From Thermoproteota archaeon (GTDB taxonomy: Archaea > Thermoproteota > Nitrososphaeria_A > Caldarchaeales > Calditenuaceae), in NCBI GenBank assembly GCA_030550235.1, contig JAUQPU010000003.1, forward strand, positions 79,897 through 143,896: a stretch of DNA of 64,000 nucleotides, in the 5' to 3' direction. Positions 8,211-17,347 of the stretch are shown in pieces. Numbering within the stretch: position 1 is the stretch's first letter; every line of letters begins with the position of its first letter. Both the position numbers and the translations under genes were made by a program. The notes beneath the pieces are model-generated. The model was not told where the DNA came from, did not search any database, and saw nothing but the letters and a program-made list of their open reading frames with translations.

Positions 8211-9079
8211 AAACTCTGGAGAAGCTTTCGGAGATAGTATTTGACAGGCAGAGCGGCTCATCACAGATAGCAGCGCGACTCCTAAACCACCTCGAGGCTG
8301 CCACGCTGGAGATAGAGGCGGGCCAAGTCGGAAATTTTTTAGAGGAGGCCTACGCCGCCGTTCTCAGGCGGAGAAGCCTCATCTCTCCCATAAACTTGGT
8401 CGATGCGTTGCGGAGGGCCTACAGCCTCTTACTGGAAGAGAAAGGGGCCCAGCCAGACTTGCGGATGATGATAAGACGCCTGCGAGGGATGTATCTGACG
8501 TCTCTCGAAGTAGCTTTAAAGATAGCAGGAGGAAGGCTTGCTGGATGCGAGAGGATACTTACATTGAGTAAGAGCTCGCAGGTGGTCTCTGCCTTGAAGC
8601 GGGTTGTGGGGGTGGAGGCCAGGGTCCTGGCGGGCTGGCCACTGATGGATGGACTTGCAGCCTACAGAGATCTCAGGGCCTCAGGCGTTAGAGCCATCCT
8701 CTTCCCCGATCTCTCGGTCTTTGAAGCGGTACGAGAAGTTGACGCGTTATTGATAGGATGTGACGCGGTGCTTCCAGATGGCTCAGCCGTAAATAGGTCT
8801 GGCTCAAGGGCTGCGGCGCTAGCCGCCCAAGAAATGGGAGTCCCTACACTCGTAATCTGTGACTCGTCTAAGCTCGACATAAACAACCTCTGGGCCCCTG
8901 AGGAGTGGGGCCTGGAATTGGAGGGGGCGGCAATAAGGTTCCAGGTCTTCGAGAAGGTCGACAGAGGCCTGGTCACGGAGTATGTCTCGGAGCATGGCTG
9001 TCTATCACCCTCCTCCTTCGTCGATGTGGCCGGTGGCGAGATACTCTCTTGGCCGAGGAGACTTCTCCAACAGGAGTGA
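8207..9079 (+). CDS. eIF-2B alpha/beta/delta-family protein (sugar-phosphate isomerase family: aIF2B / MtnA / ribose-1,5-bisphosphate isomerase-like)
   Basis: The C-terminal core GCDAVLPDGSAVNRSGSRAAALAAQEMGVPTLVICDSSKL is typical of the family. It overlaps the upstream gene by 4 nt. Confidence 0.7.
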   Translation: MKTLEKLSEIVFDRQSGSSQIAARLLNHLEAATLEIEAGQVGNFLEEAYAAVLRRRSLISPINLVDALRRAYSLLLEEKGAQPDLRMMIRRLRGMYLTSLEVALKIAGGRLAGCERILTLSKSSQVVSALKRVVGVEARVLAGWPLMDGLAAYRDLRASGVRAILFPDLSVFEAVREVDALLIGCDAVLPDGSAVNRSGSRAAALAAQEMGVPTLVICDSSKLDINNLWAPEEWGLELEGAAIRFQVFEKVDRGLVTEYVSEHGCLSPSSFVDVAGGEILSWPRRLLQQE

Positions 9080-9109
9080 TAGGTTTAGCTACAGGCTCTG
9101 AGCATATAT

Positions 9110-9745
9110 GTGGGGTTAGGCTTGGAGAGGATCTACTATGTTACTGTAGGGCCTCTGAGGAGCAACTCCTACCTCTTGGTTGACGGTGGGAGCAGCGAGG
9201 GCGTCATCATAGACGCTGGTGACGAGCCCAGCAAGATACTTGGAATGCTCAAGACAGGAGTCAGGGTCAGGAGGATAATAGCGACACATGGGCATTTCGA
9301 CCATGTCCTCGCCGTCGACGATATTAGGGAGGTGCTTGGTGTGGAATTCCTGATACACCGCGCGGACCAGGCTGTGCTGGACATTCTGCCTCAGAGCACC
9401 CTCCGCATACTCGGCGTAAGCATGAAGCCTCCTAAGCCAGACGGCTACTTGGAGGATGGGGATGTAATACCTCTTGGAGGGTCCTCTCTGAGGGTCATCC
9501 ACACACCTGGTCATTCACCTGGAAGCTCATGCCTCCTAACAGGCAAGACACTCTTCAGCGGAGACACGCTCTTCGCAGGCTCAATAGGTAGGACAGACAT
9601 ACCTTTAGCAGACTCGGAGAAGATAATTGAGTCGATAAAATCGAAATTATACACTCTACCAGACGACACCATGGTTTATCCTGGACATGGCCAATGGACA
9701 ACAATTGGCTCTGAGAAGAGGACCAACCCCTTCGTCAGGGTATGA
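9110..9745 (+). CDS. MBL-fold metallo-hydrolase (glyoxalase II-like)
   Basis: Metal-binding motif ATHGHFDHV, and later HTPGHSPGS and DTLF. Confidence 0.85.
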   Translation: MGLGLERIYYVTVGPLRSNSYLLVDGGSSEGVIIDAGDEPSKILGMLKTGVRVRRIIATHGHFDHVLAVDDIREVLGVEFLIHRADQAVLDILPQSTLRILGVSMKPPKPDGYLEDGDVIPLGGSSLRVIHTPGHSPGSSCLLTGKTLFSGDTLFAGSIGRTDIPLADSEKIIESIKSKLYTLPDDTMVYPGHGQWTTIGSEKRTNPFVRV

Positions 9746-10461
9746 GACCCCAGCGCAGGCCTGAGGAGAAGCTGGCCGATGTTAATGAAAGGATAATCTC
9801 ATGCACCAGGTGCCCGAGGCTTGTAGAGTATAGGCAGGCCGTAGCACGCAACCCACCCAAAAGACACATTTCTGAGACTTACTGGGCTAGGCCACTTCCA
9901 GGGTTCGGAGACCCTGAGGCCTTGATCCTCGTCATAGGCCTTGCACCAGCCGCACATGGAGGCAACAGGACGGGCCGCATGTTCACAGGAGACAGCTCGG
10001 GCAACACTCTCGTCAAGGCACTCTACGCGAACAACCTAGCAAACATCCCATACTCGATAAGCCGCGATGATGGGCTAAGACTTAAGGGATGCTTCCTGAC
10101 AGCCGCAATCCGATGCGTTCCACCACACAACACGCCACTTAAAGAGGAGCTAGAAAACTGCTACGAATATCTAAGCGAGGAGTTTGACTTCCTTAAGAGG
10201 GTGAGGGTTATAGTTGCACTGGGAGGGTTGGCTTTTAGGGCCTCACTGAAGCTTCTCAGGGATAAGGGCTTCTCGCTTTTGGGTAGCAAGCCAGAATTCA
10301 GGCATGGGAAAATCTACAAGTTCACCCAGGAGACGACGGGTAAGACTATCTGGCTATTAGCAACCTACCACCCGAGCAGGAGGAACACCCAGACCCGACT
10401 GCTAACCCAGAGAATGTTAAATAATATATTCAGACGCGCAACTAGGCTTGCAGAAATCTAA
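9742..10461 (+). CDS. Uracil-DNA glycosylase, family 5 (UDGb-like) with N-terminal Fe-S Cys motif
   Basis: CTRCPRL at the N-terminus. Motif A is GLAPAAHGGNRTGRMFTGD (family-5 GLAPA type rather than family-4 GEAPG). ATGA overlap with the MBL gene. Confidence 0.85.
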   Translation: MRPQRRPEEKLADVNERIISCTRCPRLVEYRQAVARNPPKRHISETYWARPLPGFGDPEALILVIGLAPAAHGGNRTGRMFTGDSSGNTLVKALYANNLANIPYSISRDDGLRLKGCFLTAAIRCVPPHNTPLKEELENCYEYLSEEFDFLKRVRVIVALGGLAFRASLKLLRDKGFSLLGSKPEFRHGKIYKFTQETTGKTIWLLATYHPSRRNTQTRLLTQRMLNNIFRRATRLAEI

Positions 10462-10471
10462 ACAGAGCCCC

Positions 10472-11521
10472 TCAAGTTGGAGGAGCCACCTCAACCACGC
10501 TGGTATCCATCCTGACAAACTTGTTCAACGCAACTTCTGCAATAATCCTCACCGATTCCAATATTGCTGAAAAATGCATCAACGAAACCCTCAATGAGAG
10601 TGAGAGCTCCGCGTCACTTATCTCCTCAATCAACTCACGCTCAGTAGTCTCAATATTATCTAGCATACCCTGCAGTGAATCGAGAATAGTATTGATCATC
10701 TTGAGGTCTAGTGTCAGGAATGCATTAACACTATTTGTGAGGATGCTCTGGACATCATCGGCTAGAGAGACAAGCCTGTCCACGATCTCCTTCTTAGTGG
10801 GTGCTCCCTTATGCCTAATGTGCAGGCTCTCCTTTGCAAGCGAGATAGCGTGGCGCCCTGCCTCTTCAAGGGCCTTGGCTACAAGCCTGTAGCCCAGAAC
10901 GGCGATAGGCATGTCAATCCCAATCGCATGCGCTAATGAGGGGTTTCTGAGTGCGAGGATGAGCTGTCTCACAGCTAATGAGTATAGCTCTTCAAGCTTC
11001 TTTCCAGTGTTTATAACGTCTCCAGCCTTCTCGGAGACTCCGCGGACTAGCGAGTCTATGGCAACGCCCAGCATAGATGTAACCAACACGTTGAGCCGCC
11101 TGATCACTGCCTCTATCTTAAACTTCGTAGGATCGATTATCGCCTGGAGAACTATCTGTCTTGCGGTCTGTTCAACAACCTCGAATCCTGGGAGGGACTC
11201 GACGGTCGCCAGTATCTCCTGGATCTGGGTTCCCGTGAACCCCGAGTTAGAGACGACCCTAACTATGTCGTATCCTTGTAGGAAGCAGGAGGCCACTATC
11301 CTGGCTAAGACCTCAGGCTTCTCAACCTCGTCGGCGTTTATGGTCACCGATGTGGGCTCCTGTACCACCTCCCTGCTATGTATCTGTAGGCTGTCGCCGT
11401 TAACCTCGATATAGACGATGTCGCCGGGTCTTAGCCGCCTCTCGGCTACCCATTGTTTGGGCAGGGATACTACGAGGGTAGTTGTGCCTAGCCTTTGGAG
11501 CCTTCTCGGATAAAGGACCAT
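10472..11521 (-). CDS. AbrB/SpoVT-domain plus PhoU-domain regulator, paralogue 2
   Basis: RLGTTTLVVSLPKQWVAERRLRPGDIVYIEV (AbrB-like) followed by PhoU-like helical repeats. Confidence 0.75.
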   Translation of the reverse strand: MVLYPRRLQRLGTTTLVVSLPKQWVAERRLRPGDIVYIEVNGDSLQIHSREVVQEPTSVTINADEVEKPEVLARIVASCFLQGYDIVRVVSNSGFTGTQIQEILATVESLPGFEVVEQTARQIVLQAIIDPTKFKIEAVIRRLNVLVTSMLGVAIDSLVRGVSEKAGDVINTGKKLEELYSLAVRQLILALRNPSLAHAIGIDMPIAVLGYRLVAKALEEAGRHAISLAKESLHIRHKGAPTKKEIVDRLVSLADDVQSILTNSVNAFLTLDLKMINTILDSLQGMLDNIETTERELIEEISDAELSLSLRVSLMHFSAILESVRIIAEVALNKFVRMDTSVVEVAPPT

Positions 11522-11605
11522 TTGTCTGTATATGTAATGTATATACTATTTAAGCATAACGCTTATCAGACCAAAAGGGTAGGATATTTATCGAAGGTGA
11601 GGGAC

Positions 11606-11812
11606 ATGGCATCCCTACAGCAAACAGAGGTATTAAGAATCCCAGCCCGGAGAAGCTACGCCGCCGGCTACAAATACTGCAGCCGATGCAGGACATACCA
11701 TCTAACAGACAGCGTTAGATGCCCCTACTGCGGAATACTCTTGAGGAACTCCCCCAGGAAGAAGAAGCCAGTCGACTCGTCCAAGTATATCCAGCCAACA
11801 ATCGCCGAGTAG
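11606..11812 (+). CDS. Small zinc-ribbon protein (68 aa)
   Basis: CSRC-x14-CPYC arrangement. The internal ATG at 11606 is preceded by GGTGAGG. The upstream part of the 105-aa track ORF overlaps the divergent promoter region. Confidence 0.5.
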   Translation: MASLQQTEVLRIPARRSYAAGYKYCSRCRTYHLTDSVRCPYCGILLRNSPRKKKPVDSSKYIQPTIAE

Positions 11813-11921
11813 GGCTCTAGGGGATTCTCTTAGGAGAAGCTTTTGGTATTAACTGAGGGCATATTCTATCCTCTTGGGGCTTAATGGCTTAATATACGGC
11901 GGCTCTAACCCGTAGCCATAG

Positions 11922-12485
11922 ATGCTGAAGGCAATAGCCGCGTCAGTCTCTCTGGTCCTGCTATTGGGAGTCTATTACACTTCGGGTATACAGCTCCCTG
12001 TCTATGACCCCCAACGAGCTGTAGTGGGAGAACTTCTCAAGGCGGTCTTCTCCCACTTAACCCCCGTTTCAAGCCTCTTGGGAGACGGTGTTAAGATTGT
12101 GGGTGAGAATTTTACGGTAAGCTCGAGCTATGGGCTCCTCCCGCTGGGCTCGCTTATCTTGGCTGGCCTCCTGATAGGATTTATGAGCCGCTCCTTGCCG
12201 CAAGCAATAATAGCCGCCCTGGCGTCCTCTATGCTCCTTATAATAATGGCTATTATGCTGTTGGTTGGCTTTCTCCCCACCCTCCCGGTGCAGAACGCCA
12301 ACCTAAGGGTACAGGTGGACGCTGTATTCTCAACGCTATTTATAGAGAGGCCACTGGAGCTCCCAATGATATTGGCCATCCCCGCGATCACCTCGATTCC
12401 TACTGGAGTTATCATGGAGAAGATCTGGTCCCAAAAGCCGCGTAAGGAAAGGGAGCTATTTAGCTGGAGACAGTCGTATGTATGA
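11922..12485 (+). CDS. Hypothetical polytopic membrane protein
   Basis: Several long hydrophobic segments. No recognisable motif. Confidence 0.45.
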   Translation: MLKAIAASVSLVLLLGVYYTSGIQLPVYDPQRAVVGELLKAVFSHLTPVSSLLGDGVKIVGENFTVSSSYGLLPLGSLILAGLLIGFMSRSLPQAIIAALASSMLLIIMAIMLLVGFLPTLPVQNANLRVQVDAVFSTLFIERPLELPMILAIPAITSIPTGVIMEKIWSQKPRKERELFSWRQSYV

Positions 12486-12527
12486 GGGAAGCGGCCTAAC
12501 AGGCGTGGGGAGGTTTACCTGCCCTGC

Positions 12528-13220
12528 TCAGTATCCTGGACATATGGGGCAGTTTTGGGTTGACTGGCTGGTCTCAGCCTCTTTCAGGGCGGCCTCAAGA
12601 ATTGACCTCGTGACAGGTCCATCGCTCCTGAAGACGATTCTTCCATTGAGGCTTATGACGATGAGTGTGTCCAGACGTGTCACTTTGTATATCCCGCTGA
12701 GCTCGGAGTCCTCGTCAAGCACTAGTAGCCAATCCCTGCCTCCCAATTTTTGAGCAAATTGCCTAAGCTCACCCTCCCCTTCCGGGTCTGGAACTAGAGG
12801 ATTTCCATCGACCCCTAGCCTTGCGATAAACTTTCCTGTCCAGACATCAATCACCACTACCACAGCCCTATTACTCGCTACATCCCTAACAGCCTCACCG
12901 ACGACCGCGCAGCTAGGACACCAAGTAGCCATGAACCAGAGAACGACCGGCCTACCCTGCAGATTTGAAAGCTTAATCACAGAGCCATCTAACGTCGAAG
13001 CCTCAATCTCAGGCGCCTGCCCTCCTATGTATGGTGAAAACCTATCCATATCTGGCCAAGACCTCTTTAATTCCTCATCACCATCACTGGTAACTCCTTC
13101 CCTTGGCAAGGCCATGAAGTAGCTGAAAAATACAGAAATCACCACAACCGCAACCGCCAGAATCAAAACAAGTAGATACTTGCTAGCCTGTCTTTGCGGG
13201 AGAAACTTAAGCTTATGCAA
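12528..13220 (-). CDS. Membrane-anchored thioredoxin-fold thiol:disulfide oxidoreductase (TlpA/redoxin-like)
   Basis: N-terminal signal anchor YLLVLILAVAVVVISVFF and redox motif WFMATWCPSC. Confidence 0.75.
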   Translation of the reverse strand: MHKLKFLPQRQASKYLLVLILAVAVVVISVFFSYFMALPREGVTSDGDEELKRSWPDMDRFSPYIGGQAPEIEASTLDGSVIKLSNLQGRPVVLWFMATWCPSCAVVGEAVRDVASNRAVVVVIDVWTGKFIARLGVDGNPLVPDPEGEGELRQFAQKLGGRDWLLVLDEDSELSGIYKVTRLDTLIVISLNGRIVFRSDGPVTRSILEAALKEAETSQSTQNCPICPGY

Positions 13221-13221
13221 C

Positions 13222-13860
13222 TCACCTCACCCGCCTAATTGTGAAAAAAATATTTGCCGATAGTAGAAACGCTGAGACAGTTACTGCTAGGTAGGTGAAG
13301 GGTCTCAATAGAGCCAGCAGGCCTATCCCTGATCCCACACCTCCCAAAATTAGAGGAATGAATCCCGCTGCGCAGCAACTATATGATGCGAAGATTGATG
13401 GAAGAATGGAGAGGATAGAAAAGTACTCTCTAGCTTCGCACCTCCGGCCCAAGACCTTTAAACGGTATGTGAGCATGGCTAGGTTAAGAGAGAATAAGAG
13501 CGAGAGGATGGAAGTAACTAACACTGGCTCGACGCTGAGATAGATTACCCAGCTCCTATTAAGATAAAGTATTACCCCCGATCCAAGTATTGTGGGGGAG
13601 GCCACCAAGTCTGCGGCCGGTGTCTCGATATATTCTGGCAAAGGTGTGGGAGACTGGTATGCCATACCCACTGCAAAGGCATAGAAGATCGCGAAAAACA
13701 GGCCTCCAAGAAAAGAAGCGAGCCTTACAGCCTTGCTAGAGAAAACACTCCGGAGATAGGACTGTGAAGCCACTGAGGCTATGCTGCTCGTCCCGGTAAT
13801 AAGCTTTGAGCTGATACAGAAGCCCTGGTAGTGGCTAAGGCAGCATGCCAGGGCATACAA
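13222..13860 (-). CDS. Uncharacterised polytopic membrane protein with an intramembrane vicinal Cys pair
   Basis: About 5-6 hydrophobic helices, with SYSCCAAGFIPLILGG inside one of them. Its stop abuts the thioredoxin-like gene with a 1-nt gap. The start is uncertain. Confidence 0.5.
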   Translation of the reverse strand: MYALACCLSHYQGFCISSKLITGTSSIASVASQSYLRSVFSSKAVRLASFLGGLFFAIFYAFAVGMAYQSPTPLPEYIETPAADLVASPTILGSGVILYLNRSWVIYLSVEPVLVTSILSLLFSLNLAMLTYRLKVLGRRCEAREYFSILSILPSIFASYSCCAAGFIPLILGGVGSGIGLLALLRPFTYLAVTVSAFLLSANIFFTIRRVR

Positions 13861-13893
13861 ATATAGTCGTCAGTTTAGGATATATGGGAAGAT

Positions 13894-14229
13894 TTGAGTC
13901 AGCCAGAGATTGATATTACTGAGTTCAAGCGGGTTGAGATGCGTGTTGGGAAGGTGGTGAAGGCTGAGCGTGTGCCGGCGACTGACAGGCTCCTTAGGCT
14001 GGAGGTGGACTTCGGCGGCCAGAAGAAACAAGCTATCACCGGTCTGGGACACCTCTATGGCCCCGAACACTTTGAGGGAAAACTCTACGTGTTCGTCACG
14101 AATCTAAAGCCGAGGAAGGTTCGAGGCCTGGTCTCAGAGTGCATGATACTCGCCGCTATGACGAGTGAAGAGAAGATCATCCCGATTGCTCCAGAGGCGG
14201 AGATAGAACCCGGGGCAGGTGTGCAATAA
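13894..14229 (+). CDS. tRNA-binding domain protein (Trbp111/CsaA/EMAP-like OB fold)
   Basis: FKRVEMRVGKVVKAERVPATDRLLRLEVDFGG matches the MetRS C-terminal/Trbp111 tRNA-binding domain. TTG start. Confidence 0.85.
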   Translation: MSQPEIDITEFKRVEMRVGKVVKAERVPATDRLLRLEVDFGGQKKQAITGLGHLYGPEHFEGKLYVFVTNLKPRKVRGLVSECMILAAMTSEEKIIPIAPEAEIEPGAGVQ

Positions 14230-14298
14230 ACCAAAGCAGGGTCGGAGCCTATTCTAATTTATCAATAACCCCTACTCGTGAAATTGGTAGAATAGGTC

Positions 14299-15423
14299 AT
14301 GCCGGGGGCCAAGAAGGACTACTACGAGATCCTCGGCGTCCCGCGAAACGCGACTAAGGAAGAGATTAAGAGGGCGTATAGGAGGCTGGTCCTCCAGTAC
14401 CACCCGGACAGGAATAAGTCGCCGGAGGCTGAGGAGAAGTTCAAAGAGATTAGCGAGGCATATGCCGTGTTGATGGATGATGAAAAGAGAAGAATCTACG
14501 ACATGTATGGTCATGAAGGTTTGTCTGGGGCATACACGAGGGAGGATGTCTTCAGGTCTAGAATGGGGGACTTCGAGGACATTTTCAGAGACCTCGGCCT
14601 AGGAAGTTTCAGCTCGATCTTTGAGCGACTATTCAGAGACTTTGGCTTCGGCCTCTATGAGGAGCGGGAGGCCCGTGAGGTAGTTGTCGATGTTGAGCTC
14701 TCACCTAAGGAAGTGTTTAATGGGGCGAGGAAGACTGTGCAGTACTCTGTCTTAGAGGTTTGTCATAGTTGTGGGGGTAGTGGAGCTGAGCCCGGCGGGT
14801 TGAGGACCTGCACAGCCTGTAGGGGGATGGGACAGGTGGTCAGAACCAGTGTTCTTGGTCACATGACTTATAGCGTGGCGAGGACATGTGATGTCTGTGG
14901 GGGGACTGGAAGGATAATTGAGAAGCCCTGCAAGACATGTAAGGGCTCTGGGCGTGTTCAGAGTTTCAGGAGCTATGAGGTTGAAATTCCGCGGGGCGTC
15001 CTAGACGGCTCCCTTCTTCGTTTCGTGGTGCGTGATGACTCGGGGCACGGGGGAAGTGAGACGTACCTTGTCGCAAGGATTAGGGTGAAGAAGACTCCAT
15101 ATTTCTATGTGAGAGGTGGCGACATAGTTGTTAGGGCTCCCATATCTCCCAGTGAGGCCGTCCTAGGCGTAACTGTAAGGATACACGGCGTTGACGGGCC
15201 TATAGATGTGAAGATACCTCCTAGGACGCGCCCAGGCAGGTCAGTTGTTGTGAAGGGGCGTGGGCTCTGGAGGGAGAGGGGCCTGCGTGGGGATTTGATA
15301 GTGAAGCCGGTGGTCGTGGCTCCTAGGGGAGGCCAAGAGGTCAAGAGGCTGTATGAGCAGATACAGAGGAGCGAGAGGGAGTTTATGGAGAGGTGGAGGG
15401 GTCGGGCGCTTAGGCTCGAGTGA
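14299..15423 (+). CDS. dnaJ: Type I DnaJ/Hsp40 co-chaperone
   Basis: J domain DYYEILGV...YHPD, and four CxxCxGxG zinc-finger repeats ([32 protein letters not shown]). Confidence 0.9.
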   Translation: MPGAKKDYYEILGVPRNATKEEIKRAYRRLVLQYHPDRNKSPEAEEKFKEISEAYAVLMDDEKRRIYDMYGHEGLSGAYTREDVFRSRMGDFEDIFRDLGLGSFSSIFERLFRDFGFGLYEEREAREVVVDVELSPKEVFNGARKTVQYSVLEVCHSCGGSGAEPGGLRTCTACRGMGQVVRTSVLGHMTYSVARTCDVCGGTGRIIEKPCKTCKGSGRVQSFRSYEVEIPRGVLDGSLLRFVVRDDSGHGGSETYLVARIRVKKTPYFYVRGGDIVVRAPISPSEAVLGVTVRIHGVDGPIDVKIPPRTRPGRSVVVKGRGLWRERGLRGDLIVKPVVVAPRGGQEVKRLYEQIQRSEREFMERWRGRALRLE

Positions 15424-15470
15424 CTCTAGCCTTATTTAGTGCCTCGAGAAGACTGTCAGCGGAATAGGGG

Positions 15471-16565
15471 TTGAGGTATAGAGATAGAATTGATAAGTTT
15501 GCAGCCAGGCTGGAACTCTCGGGATTCAACGCATACATATGCACCAGCGAGTCGAACATCTTCTACTTCACAGGATTGCCAAGCCCAGCAACCCTCCTCA
15601 TACGCCAAGACGGCTCAGCCACAATCTATGTCTCGCCATTAAACTATGGACTCGCTGAGAACGAGGCCCCTCAAGAGGTTGAAGTGGTGCAGCTGAAGAT
15701 GGGTACTGCGCCAGAGGCGCTTCTAGCAGAGATTCTCAGCCAGTTAGGCGGAATGGTGGGGATAGATATTCTAGACTTTGAGATATATAGGAAGATTAGC
15801 GGCTTGATCAGCAGTGTAGACCTTCGTCCGCAGTCTAAGCTCGTATGGGACATGAGGGTCTCGAAGGACTCCCAAGAGGTGGAGGTGATTAAAGAGGCCT
15901 CTGCGCTCGCCGATAGGGTCATGAGAGCAGCAGCAGATCTTTTGGTTCCAGGAATCAAGGAGAGCGAGGTCAAAGCTGAGCTGACTGCTGAGGTCTATAG
16001 AAGGGTTGGGCAGGAGCCGGCCTTCACGCCGATAGTTGCCTTTGGCGAGCGCTCGGCATTCCCTCACGGGCCCATTCATAGAGGTACAGCTAGAGACAGG
16101 GTTCTGAAGAGGAGAGACGTCGTGGTGATTGATTTGGGAGTGAAAGTAGAAGGGTACTGCTCCGACCTCACAAGAACCTTCTACATCGGAAGCGATATAG
16201 AGGAAAAGCTCCGGAGTGTCTTTGAAGCTGTTTTAAACGCAAAGTCTCTGGCCCAAAGCATAATGAGACCTGGGGTCTCATGTAGCTACGTCGACGACAT
16301 AGCCCGCGACTCGCTGAGCAATAAAGGCTTGGATTCCTACTTTATCCACAGTCTAGGCCACGGTGTGGGGATTGATATTCATGAGCCTCCGAGAATAGGG
16401 CCAGGTAGCCAAGACCAGTTCGCGGAGAATAGCGTCGTGACATGCGAACCTGGAGTCTATTTAGTAAACGAGTGGGGGGTTAGAATGGAGGACACTCTGC
16501 TTGTGACAGAGGAGTCCGCGGTACCGCTTACTTCCTATCCTCTAGACGAGTATCTGGTCTATTAA
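15471..16565 (+). CDS. Xaa-Pro aminopeptidase/dipeptidase (peptidase M24B)
   Basis: Creatinase-like N-terminal domain plus pita-bread metal ligands (DLG...D, HSLGHGVGIDIHE, E..E). Confidence 0.9.
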   Translation: MRYRDRIDKFAARLELSGFNAYICTSESNIFYFTGLPSPATLLIRQDGSATIYVSPLNYGLAENEAPQEVEVVQLKMGTAPEALLAEILSQLGGMVGIDILDFEIYRKISGLISSVDLRPQSKLVWDMRVSKDSQEVEVIKEASALADRVMRAAADLLVPGIKESEVKAELTAEVYRRVGQEPAFTPIVAFGERSAFPHGPIHRGTARDRVLKRRDVVVIDLGVKVEGYCSDLTRTFYIGSDIEEKLRSVFEAVLNAKSLAQSIMRPGVSCSYVDDIARDSLSNKGLDSYFIHSLGHGVGIDIHEPPRIGPGSQDQFAENSVVTCEPGVYLVNEWGVRMEDTLLVTEESAVPLTSYPLDEYLVY

Positions 16566-17347
16566 CCGCCGAACCGGCGTGTCCTCTGCTGATAGGTCCT
16601 GACCGCGCGTAAGAGGTCTATTTTCCTGAAGGATGGCCAGTAGACATCTAGGAAGACAAGCTCGCTATAGGCTATCTGCCAGAGGAGAAAGTTGCTTATC
16701 CTCTCCTCACCCGAGGTCCTGATTACTAGGTCGGGGTCAGGCTTTGGAAGCCCATTCGTGTAAAGGTTACGCTCGATAACCTCTTCATTTACCCATTCCG
16801 GGCTAATCTCTCCAGTAGCAATCCTTTCACATATCTTCCTAACAGCATCAACTATCTCCGCTCTCCCCCCGTATGCGACCGCGATATTCAAGTGCATCCT
16901 ATCGTGATGCATAGTCTCTCTTTCAAGCCTTCTGAGACTATCAGCAACCTCTCTTGGAAGAAGATCCAGCCTACCTATAACCCTAAACCTAACCCTCTCC
17001 CTCCATACAGTCTCATCCTTCAAGAACCTCTCCGCCCTCTCCACCAGAAGCCTGTAAATCTCTTCAAGCTCCTCCCTCGGCCGCCTCATAATATTCTCGA
17101 CAGACAATACATAGAGAGTTACGATCTTTATCCCAATCTTCAGACTCCATCTTAGAAGCTCCTCAACCTTGTCGGCGCCATACCTATATGCCTGGCTTGG
17201 TGGAATACCTGCGATCCTAGCCCAGCGTCTATTACCATCTAAGATTACAGCCAGGTGCTGCGGTATATCACCATTGCTCACAGTCTTCTCCAGCCACCTC
17301 TCATAGACCGAATATACCCCCAAGAACCTCAGTATCTTCTCAATCAC
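16562..17347 (-). CDS. uppS: cis-prenyltransferase (undecaprenyl/di-trans,poly-cis-polyprenyl diphosphate synthase)
   Basis: HLAVILDGNRRWA and RTSGEERISNFLLWQ signatures. Confidence 0.9.
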   Translation of the reverse strand: MIEKILRFLGVYSVYERWLEKTVSNGDIPQHLAVILDGNRRWARIAGIPPSQAYRYGADKVEELLRWSLKIGIKIVTLYVLSVENIMRRPREELEEIYRLLVERAERFLKDETVWRERVRFRVIGRLDLLPREVADSLRRLERETMHHDRMHLNIAVAYGGRAEIVDAVRKICERIATGEISPEWVNEEVIERNLYTNGLPKPDPDLVIRTSGEERISNFLLWQIAYSELVFLDVYWPSFRKIDLLRAVRTYQQRTRRFGG

